Part shown: one piece after another, positions 39,434-47,042 of the stretch
Layout of the letters: each line of letters begins with the position of its first letter
Position numbering within the stretch: position 1 is the stretch's first letter
NCBI GenBank assembly: GCA_007695195.1
Contig: REEG01000157.1
Location: 4,270-68,269, forward strand
Direction: 5' to 3'
From: Gemmatimonadales bacterium
GTDB lineage: Bacteria > Gemmatimonadota > Gemmatimonadetes > Longimicrobiales > Gaopeijiaceae
DNA length: 64,000 nt
Made by a program: the position numbers and the translations under genes
The notes under the pieces: model-generated
Databases searched by the model: none
Seen by the model: only the letters and a program-made list of their open reading frames with translations
What the model was told of the DNA's origin: nothing

Positions 39434-40555
39434 TCAATCTGCAGCCGCCAGCCCCATACCCTGGCAGGAATTCCGCACCACCGAGGCGAACTCGGGAGCC
39501 AGTCGGAACGAAAGCTCCTCTCCCACCTCGTAGTTTCGGGACGGCGGAAGGTGGACCACCAGCTTCCGGTCCCCGCCCAGCGCCGAGGGGAAGACCACCT
39601 CAGCCTCCACCTGGGCTCCGGTATAGGTGGTGGAGAGGATCCGCCCCGAGAGCAACCCATGCGGGCTGCACTCGAAGCCGTCCGGCCGCACCGACACCAT
39701 GACATTGGTGCCGTTGGGCAACCCGAGTCGGTCCACCCGGCAGAACGATCCGAAGTCGGTGAGGACACACCCGTTCTCGTTCTGGACCCTTCCCTGGAGA
39801 AGATTCGTCCGACCGACGAAGGTGGCGACGAAGACCGACTCCGGGTGCTTGTAGATCTCGCGGGGTGACCCCACCTGCTCGACCCGACCCTGGTTCATCA
39901 CCGCAACCCGATCGGAGATGGCCAGGGCATCCCGCTGGTCGTGGCTCACGAAGATGCAGGTGACTCCGGTCTTTCGGAGAATCGCCACCACCTCGTCCCG
40001 GACCTGATCGCGGAGGTGAGCGTCCAGGTTCGAGAACGGCTCGTCCATGAGGACCAGGACGGGCTCGGGAGCCAGGGCTCGGGCCAGGGCGACCCGCTGC
40101 TGCTGACCACCGGAGAGCTCGTGGGGATATCGGTGGAAGAAGGCATCGAGCCCCAGGACCTTCAGGACCTCCCGCGCCCGATCCCGCCGGGCCTTTCTCC
40201 CCATGCGATCCAGCCCGAACATGACGTTGTCGCCCACGGTCAGGTGGGGGAAGAGGGCGTAGTCCTGGAAGACCATCCCCACGCCCCGCTTCTCCGGGGG
40301 GACCCAGGTTCCGGGTCCCGCTACCTCCACACCGCCCACATGGATGGTCCCCTCATCCGGCATCTCGAACCCGGCGATGAGGCGAAGGGTGGTGGTCTTC
40401 CCGCAGCCGGAGGGGCCCAGGAGGGTGAGGATTTCTCCGGGCCGCACCTCAAGGGAGACGCGATCCGCCGCCTTCACGGGGCCCGGCCAGAATCGGCGGG
40501 TCACGTCCGTGAGCTTGATGACCGGATCAGAGAGCGGATCCACCATGGTACGCAC
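39434..40555 (-). CDS. ABC transporter ATP-binding protein (FbpC/PotA/CysA-like importer ATPase with C-terminal regulatory domain)
   Basis: Walker A GPSGCGKTT, signature LSGGQQQRVALARAL, Walker B LVLMDEPFSNLD. GTG start at 40555 (alternative ATG 40546). No permease or binding-protein gene adjacent. Confidence 0.85.
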   Translation of the reverse strand: MRTMVDPLSDPVIKLTDVTRRFWPGPVKAADRVSLEVRPGEILTLLGPSGCGKTTTLRLIAGFEMPDEGTIHVGGVEVAGPGTWVPPEKRGVGMVFQDYALFPHLTVGDNVMFGLDRMGRKARRDRAREVLKVLGLDAFFHRYPHELSGGQQQRVALARALAPEPVLVLMDEPFSNLDAHLRDQVRDEVVAILRKTGVTCIFVSHDQRDALAISDRVAVMNQGRVEQVGSPREIYKHPESVFVATFVGRTNLLQGRVQNENGCVLTDFGSFCRVDRLGLPNGTNVMVSVRPDGFECSPHGLLSGRILSTTYTGAQVEAEVVFPSALGGDRKLVVHLPPSRNYEVGEELSFRLAPEFASVVRNSCQGMGLAAAD

Positions 40556-40678
40556 CAGGGACCGAGGGGGCGGGGGCAGGGCGATGGCGGGCCGGATTGG
40601 TTGAGAATCGGTCTCAACCCCGGCCCCCGAAGGCTAACCGCAACGGCTTTGGCCTGTCAACGTTCGCCCTGCCCCCAA

Positions 40679-40712
40679 GGTCTCTCCCGAAAGCCCGGCT
40701 CCGGGAGAGACC
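40679..40712 (-). terminator. hairpin terminator 3 nt after the DUF2911 gene stop
   Basis: On the - strand: GGTCTCTCCCG - 12-nt loop - CGGGAGAGACC (11-bp perfect stem). Confidence 0.5.
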
Positions 40713-40715
40713 GTT

Positions 40716-41345
40716 TCAGTTCCCGGCTTCCACCGGGAGACGGATCCGGAACTCTTCCCACTCCATGACCAGATGGGTGCCTCCATCCTCCGCGTCCCGG
40801 AAGTCGATGGTGAAGGTCTCCACATATTCTTCCGGGCGCTCCCGTACCGCCTGGGCGGACCCCACCTCCTGATCCCGGACCGTCTGGTCGATGGCCAGGC
40901 CCCAATGGCCGATGGAGCGGCTGAAGAAGACGTCCCAGCTCTCGTCCCCAGGGATGGTGTAGATGGAGTAGGAGCCCTCGGGCAGCAGAACCCCCCCGAC
41001 CTGGATGGTCCCGGTGGTGTGGAGGATCGTGGCTTCATTGGCGCCCGTCCTCCAGAGCTGCCCGAACGGCACCGCCTCGCCCCCGATCATGGTTCGATCC
41101 CGGGCTGAGGGGCGGCCATAGCAGATCTTGACCGTCGCCGATCCAATGGAGGTGGCTACGGAATCATACGGGCTGGCACGCCCCTCCAGCGGCATCCGCT
41201 CCACCGGCTCGCACGTGGGGGTGGACGAGTCGGCGGCGAGGGTGGGCAGCACCGGGAGGGTGGGCGGCACCAGAGTGGACACGCCCGCGTGGGAGATCGC
41301 CGTGAAGGAGAGAGCGCCAAGAAGTAGGGTCACCGGGAGGGACAT
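40716..41345 (-). CDS. DUF2911-like secreted protein
   Basis: Signal peptide MSLPVTLLLGALSFTAISHA. Core KICYGRPSARDRTMIGGEAVPFGQLWRTGANEATILHTTG...LPEGSYSIYTIPG is typical of DUF2911 (from memory). Confidence 0.6.
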   Translation of the reverse strand: MSLPVTLLLGALSFTAISHAGVSTLVPPTLPVLPTLAADSSTPTCEPVERMPLEGRASPYDSVATSIGSATVKICYGRPSARDRTMIGGEAVPFGQLWRTGANEATILHTTGTIQVGGVLLPEGSYSIYTIPGDESWDVFFSRSIGHWGLAIDQTVRDQEVGSAQAVRERPEEYVETFTIDFRDAEDGGTHLVMEWEEFRIRLPVEAGN

Positions 41346-41413
41346 GGTCGACTCCGAAGGGGTTCGGGGTGGATGAGGTTCGGGGTGGGTGTAGGGCCCC
41401 GGTCAGGTGGGCC

Positions 41414-42592
41414 TCAAGCCCCGGACCCGTCCGAGCCCCGGAGCCGATCCGGCCGGAAGGCCTCGGGGAGGTAAGGCGCGTCCTGGCCCGAGACCAGCGC
41501 CCCCAGCCCCTCGGCCGTGGCCGGGGTCAGGAGGATTCCATTCCTGTAGTGCCCGGTGGCCACAAAAAGATCCCCGACCCCGGGAACGGGACCCAGGATG
41601 GGCATGCCGTCGGGAGATCCGGGACGGAATCCGCTCCAGACCTCCTCCACCGTTGCCGTGGCAAGAGCCGGAAGCATGGCGACGGCTTCGCTGAGGATAT
41701 GACGGATCCCACCCACTGTCGGACCCGCCTCGAAGCCGGCGTCGGTCTCAGTGGCGCCCACCAGGAGCCGGCCATCGTCTCGGGGCACCAGGTACAGGCG
41801 CTCCGATTCCAGCACCGGACCTCCGGATCCATGGCCTCCACGGTGTACGGAAGGCTCGTCGCCACGGGAGGCCGGGCGAAGCGCGGCCATCTCGCCGCGG
41901 ATCGGACGAACGGGAAGGGGATGGGGTAGCCCCCCGATCCGCCCACTCCAGGCCCCCGCCGCCACCAGAACCCGGCCCGCCTCCAGGCGTTGGCCGGTGG
42001 AGAGCCGCACCCCATGTGCCCGGCCATTCCCGGTGAGGAGCGAGGTGACCTCACACCCCTCCCGGAGTTCGACCCCCCGGCTCACGCAGGCGATTCGGAG
42101 CGCCTGGACCAGTCGCCGGTTGTCGACGCGGAAGTCCCGCTCCAGGAGCAGGGCCCCCCGGAGTCCGGGAGCGAGTCCCGGGTGATGGGCCATCACCTCA
42201 TGGGCGTCGAGCCATCTGGCCGGAACCCGGTGCTCCCGAGCCCATGCCAGTCTTCGGCGGAGCCTCCCTTCCTCCTGCGGGGAGAGCGCGAGACGCAGCT
42301 TTCCACACTCCCGGTATTCCACTCCTTCCCCGGTCTCATCTTCCAGCCCCCGAGCGAAGTCGGACCAGAGGTCCAGACTCCTCAGTCCGAACCGGAGGAA
42401 GGGGCCGGGCTCCAGCGCCTCGCCCAGGGGGGACAGCATCCCCGCCGCCGCCCAGGAGGCGCCGCGACCGGCCGAGCCCCGCTCCAGCACCAGGACGGAG
42501 AGGTGGTTCGCTCGCGCTGCCCGCGCCACGGCGAGGCCGATGACTCCGGCGCCGACGACGACGAGATCGAATCGGTTGCGGGTCGGGTGCAT
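41414..42592 (-). CDS. thiO: FAD-dependent glycine oxidase (ThiO-like, DAO family)
   Basis: FAD motif DLVVVGAGVIGLAVA and C-terminal FVATGHYRNGILLTPATA. Confidence 0.75.
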   Translation of the reverse strand: MHPTRNRFDLVVVGAGVIGLAVARAARANHLSVLVLERGSAGRGASWAAAGMLSPLGEALEPGPFLRFGLRSLDLWSDFARGLEDETGEGVEYRECGKLRLALSPQEEGRLRRRLAWAREHRVPARWLDAHEVMAHHPGLAPGLRGALLLERDFRVDNRRLVQALRIACVSRGVELREGCEVTSLLTGNGRAHGVRLSTGQRLEAGRVLVAAGAWSGRIGGLPHPLPVRPIRGEMAALRPASRGDEPSVHRGGHGSGGPVLESERLYLVPRDDGRLLVGATETDAGFEAGPTVGGIRHILSEAVAMLPALATATVEEVWSGFRPGSPDGMPILGPVPGVGDLFVATGHYRNGILLTPATAEGLGALVSGQDAPYLPEAFRPDRLRGSDGSGA

Positions 42593-42619
42593 ACGTGGGG
42601 AAGTTCAGGAGGAAAAGGG

Positions 42620-43126
42620 ATGACGTTCCGAGAGTTGACTACCCCGAGACCGGAGGATTTCGCCATGAGACCGGACCACGAGCCGTCCGACACCCAGTTC
42701 CACTTCGAGCACCGGGTTCCGGTTCGCTTCCGGGACATCGACGTGGGCGGACACGCCCATCACTCCCAGGCCCTGGTCTATATGGAGGAGGCCCGGACCC
42801 AGTACTGGGGGCAGGTGGCCTCCGTGGATGATCCGGCGCGGATCGATTACATCCTGGCCGAGGCCCTGGTCCGGTACCATGAGCGGATCCTGTACCCCGA
42901 CCTGCTCCGGGTCCAGGTGCGCACCACCGCCGTGGGTCGGACCAGTTTCGAGTTGGAGTACCGGGTGCTGGCTGGAGACGGGCGCCTCCTGGCTTCGGGG
43001 CGAACCACCATGGTGCTCTACGACTACACGGAAGGGCGTTCCCGGAGGATTCCCGACGAACTGCGGGCGAGATTCGAGGCCTTCGAAGGCCGCAATCTCC
43101 CACGTCGCCGGGAGCGCGACGCATGA
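42620..43126 (+). CDS. acyl-CoA thioesterase (4HBT/YbgC family)
   Basis: RFRDIDVGGHAHHSQALVYMEEART motif. ATG 42620 is preceded by AGGAGG (42608-42613). The long ORF-track extension from 41990 is antisense to thiO and was rejected. Confidence 0.75.
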   Translation: MTFRELTTPRPEDFAMRPDHEPSDTQFHFEHRVPVRFRDIDVGGHAHHSQALVYMEEARTQYWGQVASVDDPARIDYILAEALVRYHERILYPDLLRVQVRTTAVGRTSFELEYRVLAGDGRLLASGRTTMVLYDYTEGRSRRIPDELRARFEAFEGRNLPRRRERDA

Positions 43127-43391
43127 GGGCCTCCCGTCGGGACCTTTTCATCGAGCCCACGTTTATCAAAGGTGACCGAAACAAGAGCCTCACCCTCAAA
43201 TAAGAATGCCACCAGGCGCGCCGGCTATGGAAGTCCGGCTCCCTCGACGGCATTAGAGAAATTTTCTGTGCCATGTTGCGCACACCGGGGGCGGCGCTTA
43301 GGATCGGTCCTTTGTTAGATCAGAGGGCGGGAGTAGTGGTGTGGATCGCCTCGCCCATCCTGCCACGGCCACACGCAGGGGAGTAAGCAAC

Positions 43392-45152
43392 ATGTTTCAA
43401 CGACTCGGAGTGACAATGGCCGCCGCCGCGACGGCAGCTGTCCTCCTGGTGCCCACGACGCCGCAACTGGCGGAGGCCCAGGAGGGATCGCGGTTTCGTG
43501 TGATGGTTCCCAATGTTCAGCCCACCGACGACTCCCGGGATCGCTTCGGGCAGCGGGTGGCTCGTAACGTCCGGGACCTCATTGATCTCGACACCCACGT
43601 CGCCATGTCCGAACGGGACATCGACCGGGCCGCTCGGGACTTCGACCTTCGCTATCGGGATCTGGACTGCATCACTGCCCGGCAGCTCGCCTCCCAGATC
43701 GATGTGCCTCTGGTGATGTGCGGGTACTACCACGCCGAAGGTGAACAGTTTGAGGTCACCGCCACCTTCTTCACGGTGCCGGCCGGGGAGGAGTATCCGG
43801 TTGAGCCCTTCCGGGTGGATCAGGGCGATGAGGATGGAGCGGCCATGCAGATCCGCACCTCTTTCGAGGGGCTGATCCAGCAGGTGCAGACCGTCGCCTT
43901 CTGCCAGGCCGAGCATGCGTCGGGCAACTGGGATCAGGCGCTGGACTACTGCTCCCGTGCCGTTGAACTCTCGCCGGAGTCCGACGGGGCGCGCTACGCG
44001 TACGCCCGGACCCTGCTGGAGCTGGAGCAGTGGGCGGAGTCCCTGAACCAGTTCGAGACGCTTCTGGAGAATGACCCCCGCAACGACGATGTGCTGAACA
44101 ACGCCGCCTATGTGGCGGGTCAGCTCGGCGACACCGACAAGGCCCGGGAGTACTACACTCGCTTCCTGGAGATCAACCCCGACAACGTGGCCGTCCGCAA
44201 CCGGGTTGCCTTCGAGCTGGCCCAGGCCGGCGACGACTTCGGGGCCATGAACCTCCTCCGGGAGGGGATCGAGCAGGAGCCCGACAACCTGGATCTCCAT
44301 GAGCGGTTCGGGATGTACGCCTTCCGGGCGGCCATCGATCGCCAGTCCACGGCCCCTCAGCCGGCGACCCAGGATGGGGACGCCCCGGCCATGGATCCTG
44401 AGGTGGAGGAGCTCTTCCGGACGGCCCTTACCTCCCTTGAGTTGGTCATCGAGGAGCGGGGCGCCGAGGCTCCCGCGAACTACGCGGTGAACTCCATGCG
44501 GGCGTACCGCCAGCTCGGTGAGCCCGAGGCGGCGGTGCGGATCGGGCAGCAGGGTGCCCGGTTCCACCCGGACGACGCTCAGATCCAGAGCCAGATGGCC
44601 AATGCCTACAATGACATGGGCGATGTGGATTCGGCCATCGCGGCGCTGGACCGGGCCCTTGAGATCGATCCCGAGTTGGCCCAGGCTCGGGTCCGGCAGG
44701 GGAACTTCGCCCTTCAGGCCGGGCGGGTGGACGACGCCATCACGGCGTTGCGTGCTGCCGAGGCGGCTGGTGAGCAGGGTTCCGACCAGCTCTCCGGGAT
44801 GATCTTCAGCTACGGCTTCTCCAACTACGTGCAGAGCGGAGAGGACCTGCAGCGCGGGATCCAGCTCATCGAGGAGGCCAAGGCCTTCGATGTGAGCACC
44901 GAGTGGCGTGAGCAGCTCGACTTCTTCCACGGGTACTCGCTCTACCTGCGGGCCGAGCGGGTCCAGCAGCCCCAGTCGCTGGATTCGGCCCGGGCATCCA
45001 AGCCCATCTTCGAGCAGGCCGCCCAGTACATCCGGGCCGGGCAGGGCTACGCCCAGCGGAGCGGGCAGAACATGCAGAGCATCCTGGATGCCATCTCCCA
45101 GTACCTGGAGATCCAGGACGCCATCATCGCCCGGGAGAGCCGGAACCGGTGA
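43392..45152 (+). CDS. secreted TPR-repeat protein
   Basis: Signal peptide MFQRLGVTMAAAATAAVLLVPTTPQLAEAQ, then repeated TPR-like units (e.g. ALDYCSRAVELSPES, AREYYTRFLEINPDN, ALDRALEIDPEL). Confidence 0.7.
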   Translation: MFQRLGVTMAAAATAAVLLVPTTPQLAEAQEGSRFRVMVPNVQPTDDSRDRFGQRVARNVRDLIDLDTHVAMSERDIDRAARDFDLRYRDLDCITARQLASQIDVPLVMCGYYHAEGEQFEVTATFFTVPAGEEYPVEPFRVDQGDEDGAAMQIRTSFEGLIQQVQTVAFCQAEHASGNWDQALDYCSRAVELSPESDGARYAYARTLLELEQWAESLNQFETLLENDPRNDDVLNNAAYVAGQLGDTDKAREYYTRFLEINPDNVAVRNRVAFELAQAGDDFGAMNLLREGIEQEPDNLDLHERFGMYAFRAAIDRQSTAPQPATQDGDAPAMDPEVEELFRTALTSLELVIEERGAEAPANYAVNSMRAYRQLGEPEAAVRIGQQGARFHPDDAQIQSQMANAYNDMGDVDSAIAALDRALEIDPELAQARVRQGNFALQAGRVDDAITALRAAEAAGEQGSDQLSGMIFSYGFSNYVQSGEDLQRGIQLIEEAKAFDVSTEWREQLDFFHGYSLYLRAERVQQPQSLDSARASKPIFEQAAQYIRAGQGYAQRSGQNMQSILDAISQYLEIQDAIIARESRNR

Positions 45153-45212
45153 TGAAGCTCTGACGCAGGACCGGTGGGGCCATATCCCCACCACGTGGCA
45201 GGCAGATCCAGG

Positions 45213-45242
45213 GGGGCGTCGCGACTTCGGTCGCGGCGCCCC
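45213..45242 (+). terminator. hairpin terminator with UUCG tetraloop after the TPR gene
   Basis: GGGGCGTCGCGAC-TTCG-GTCGCGGCGCCCC: 13-bp stem (one G-U), 61 nt after the stop. Confidence 0.6.
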
Positions 45243-45288
45243 TCGCTGCGTTTCCCCCTACCTGTACGACCCGCCGAACGCGCAAGGC

Positions 45289-45318
45289 TTGACCATTTCA
45301 CCCACCGGCCGATAATAT
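45289..45318 (+). promoter_or_regulatory. candidate dcw (mra) promoter
   Basis: TTGACC (45289-45294) followed at 16-18 nt by GATAATAT (45311-45318; GATAAT, ATAATA or TAATAT as -10). It is the only AT-rich block in the 224-nt gap before mraZ. Confidence 0.5.
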
Positions 45319-45329
45319 CCCCCAGCGGT

Positions 45330-45365
45330 CACCACTCTTACCCACTATTCCCCACAATCACCCAC
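45330..45365 (+). promoter_or_regulatory. four phased direct repeats (MraZ-box-like operator)
   Basis: CACCAC(45330) tctt ACCCAC(45340) tatt CCCCAC(45350) aatc ACCCAC(45360): exact 10-bp period, i.e. GTGGG/GTGGT on the opposite strand. A fifth in-phase ACCCAC lies at 45300-45305 inside the promoter spacer. Confidence 0.5.
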
Positions 45366-45376
45366 GGAGGGGATAC

Positions 45377-45817
45377 GTGGCCGGCTTCCTCGGGCAGTAC
45401 GAGTACCAATTGGACCAGAAGGGGCGGGTCAGCCTGCCGGCGGATTATCGCCGGCGGGTCCATGACACCCGCTTCGTTCTGCTCCAGTGGGAGCCGACCC
45501 ATCTGACCCTGTTCCCCGTGGAAGCGTGGGTGGGCGTCCAGACCCGAATGCTGGAACTCCGGCGCAACGATCCGGCCATGTCCCGTCTGCTGCGCCAGAT
45601 CACGGCTCGTGCGGTGGAGGTGGAGCCGGATAAGCAGGGCCGGATCCTGATTCCATCCCGGTTGAAGGAGGCCGCCGGTCTCGACGGAGCCGTCTACCTG
45701 ATCGGGGCGCTGGACCGGATCGAGATCTGGGCTCCGGACCGCTTCGACGAGGCGGCGCCGGCACCCGGGGAGGGGTCGGCGGAGTTGGAGAAGGCGGTCT
45801 ACGAGATCTTCGGCTGA
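45377..45817 (+). CDS. mraZ: transcriptional regulator MraZ
   Basis: Two SpoVT/AbrB-like repeats with DQKGRVSLP and DKQGRILIP. GTG start after GGAGGGG. Confidence 0.9.
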   Translation: MAGFLGQYEYQLDQKGRVSLPADYRRRVHDTRFVLLQWEPTHLTLFPVEAWVGVQTRMLELRRNDPAMSRLLRQITARAVEVEPDKQGRILIPSRLKEAAGLDGAVYLIGALDRIEIWAPDRFDEAAPAPGEGSAELEKAVYEIFG

Positions 45818-46761
45818 TGGAGGGCCCGGACGAATACCACGTTCCGGTCCTGGCGGACGAGGTCATGCACTTCCTCCGGCAGGGTCCGGAGGCTGGAGAG
45901 ATCATGGATGGGACCGTGGGAGGTGGGGGGCATGCCGCACGCATCCTCCAGGACATACCGGGTTCCCGGATTCTGGCCGTGGACCGGGATCCCGATGCCC
46001 TGAAGGAAGCCCGGCGAAGCCTGGCGCCCTGGTCCGGTCGGGTCCGCTTCCTCCAGGCCCGTTTCGACGAGGCGGCTCAGGGGGCCGGGGTCATGGGCCC
46101 ATCGCTGCGGGGAGCGCTCCTGGATCTGGGGGTGAGTTCGCGCCAGATCGACGCCGACCCCCGTGGGTTCTCGTTCCGGTCCGGTGACGCGCCGCTGGAT
46201 ATGCGGATGGAGGGCGCAGCGGCGGGTGGACGGACCGCCGCGGAGATCCTCAACCAGGAGAGTGAGGCGGAATTGATGCGCATCTTCAGGGAGTTCGGAG
46301 AGGAGCGTCGAGCCGCACGCCTGGCCCGGGAGGTTGTGAAGCGGCGGAGGACCGAGCCATTCGAGCGGGCGCGCCAACTCCTGGATGCGCTCACGGTGGT
46401 CCACAGGCGCTCTCCCGAGGCGGGGGAGAAGGCCCGGGTTTTTCAGGCCCTGCGCATCGCTGTGAACAACGAGCTGGAGGCGCTGGAACAGGCGCTGGAT
46501 GCGCTTCGGGACGCCCTTCTGCCGGGCGGTGTGATGGTGATCATCTCCTACCACTCGTTGGAGGATCGGATGGTGAAGCGGGCATTCCGGGAGTGGAGTC
46601 GGCGCTGCGTGTGCCCCCCGGAAATTCCCATCTGCATCTGCCGGGGAGAGCCCCTTGGTACGCTCCTGACCCGTTCCGTGGTTCGACCCTCCAAGGAGGA
46701 GGTAGAGGCGAATCCCCGCTCGCGGAGTGCCCGACTGAGGGCGTGGAGGCGTGGGGCATGA
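45817..46761 (+). CDS. rsmH: 16S rRNA (cytosine1402-N4)-methyltransferase
   Basis: HVPVLADEV, DGTVGGGGHA, DLGVSSRQID. TGATG junction with mraZ. Confidence 0.92.
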   Translation: MEGPDEYHVPVLADEVMHFLRQGPEAGEIMDGTVGGGGHAARILQDIPGSRILAVDRDPDALKEARRSLAPWSGRVRFLQARFDEAAQGAGVMGPSLRGALLDLGVSSRQIDADPRGFSFRSGDAPLDMRMEGAAAGGRTAAEILNQESEAELMRIFREFGEERRAARLAREVVKRRRTEPFERARQLLDALTVVHRRSPEAGEKARVFQALRIAVNNELEALEQALDALRDALLPGGVMVIISYHSLEDRMVKRAFREWSRRCVCPPEIPICICRGEPLGTLLTRSVVRPSKEEVEANPRSRSARLRAWRRGA

Positions 46762-47042
46762 GGCTGTCCTGGATCACCCTCACGGTTCTGGGCGTTACGG
46801 CGCTCCTTCTGGCACTGAGCCTGGTGTCTTGGCGGCAGACACGGGTTCGGGCCGACCTGGCCGAGGTTGCCGAACTCCAGCGCCGGATCTCCCTGGCCCA
46901 GGCGGAGCGGGCCGAGCTGTCCCGAACCATCCAATCCCTGGAGAGCCGGTCGCGGGTGGTTCGGGAGGCCGAGGACCGGTTGGGCCTTAGGCGCGCCCAC
47001 GCCCATGAGATCGTCTGGATTCCCGAGGAGATCGAACAATGA
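46758..47042 (+). CDS. ftsL: cell division protein FtsL
   Basis: 94 aa: single TM (ITLTVLGVTALLLALSLVSW) plus coiled coil, in the canonical position between rsmH and ftsI. ATGA overlaps on both sides. Trimmed from 46593. Confidence 0.65.
   Translation: MRLSWITLTVLGVTALLLALSLVSWRQTRVRADLAEVAELQRRISLAQAERAELSRTIQSLESRSRVVREAEDRLGLRRAHAHEIVWIPEEIEQ

Noticed and set aside
42593-42619. TPP riboswitch upstream of the ThiO-like gene.
   Set aside because: Only 27 nt separate the thiO start from the divergent thioesterase start, so there is no space for a roughly 100-nt THI element, and the flanking sequence is coding.
43200-43260. SRP RNA / 6S RNA / other housekeeping sRNA in the AT-rich gap.
   Set aside because: The hairpin lacks the SRP domain-IV features (GGAA tetraloop with symmetric AGCA-type loops). 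The region is too short for 6S, RNase P or tmRNA. It is kept only as an unclassified candidate in the findings.
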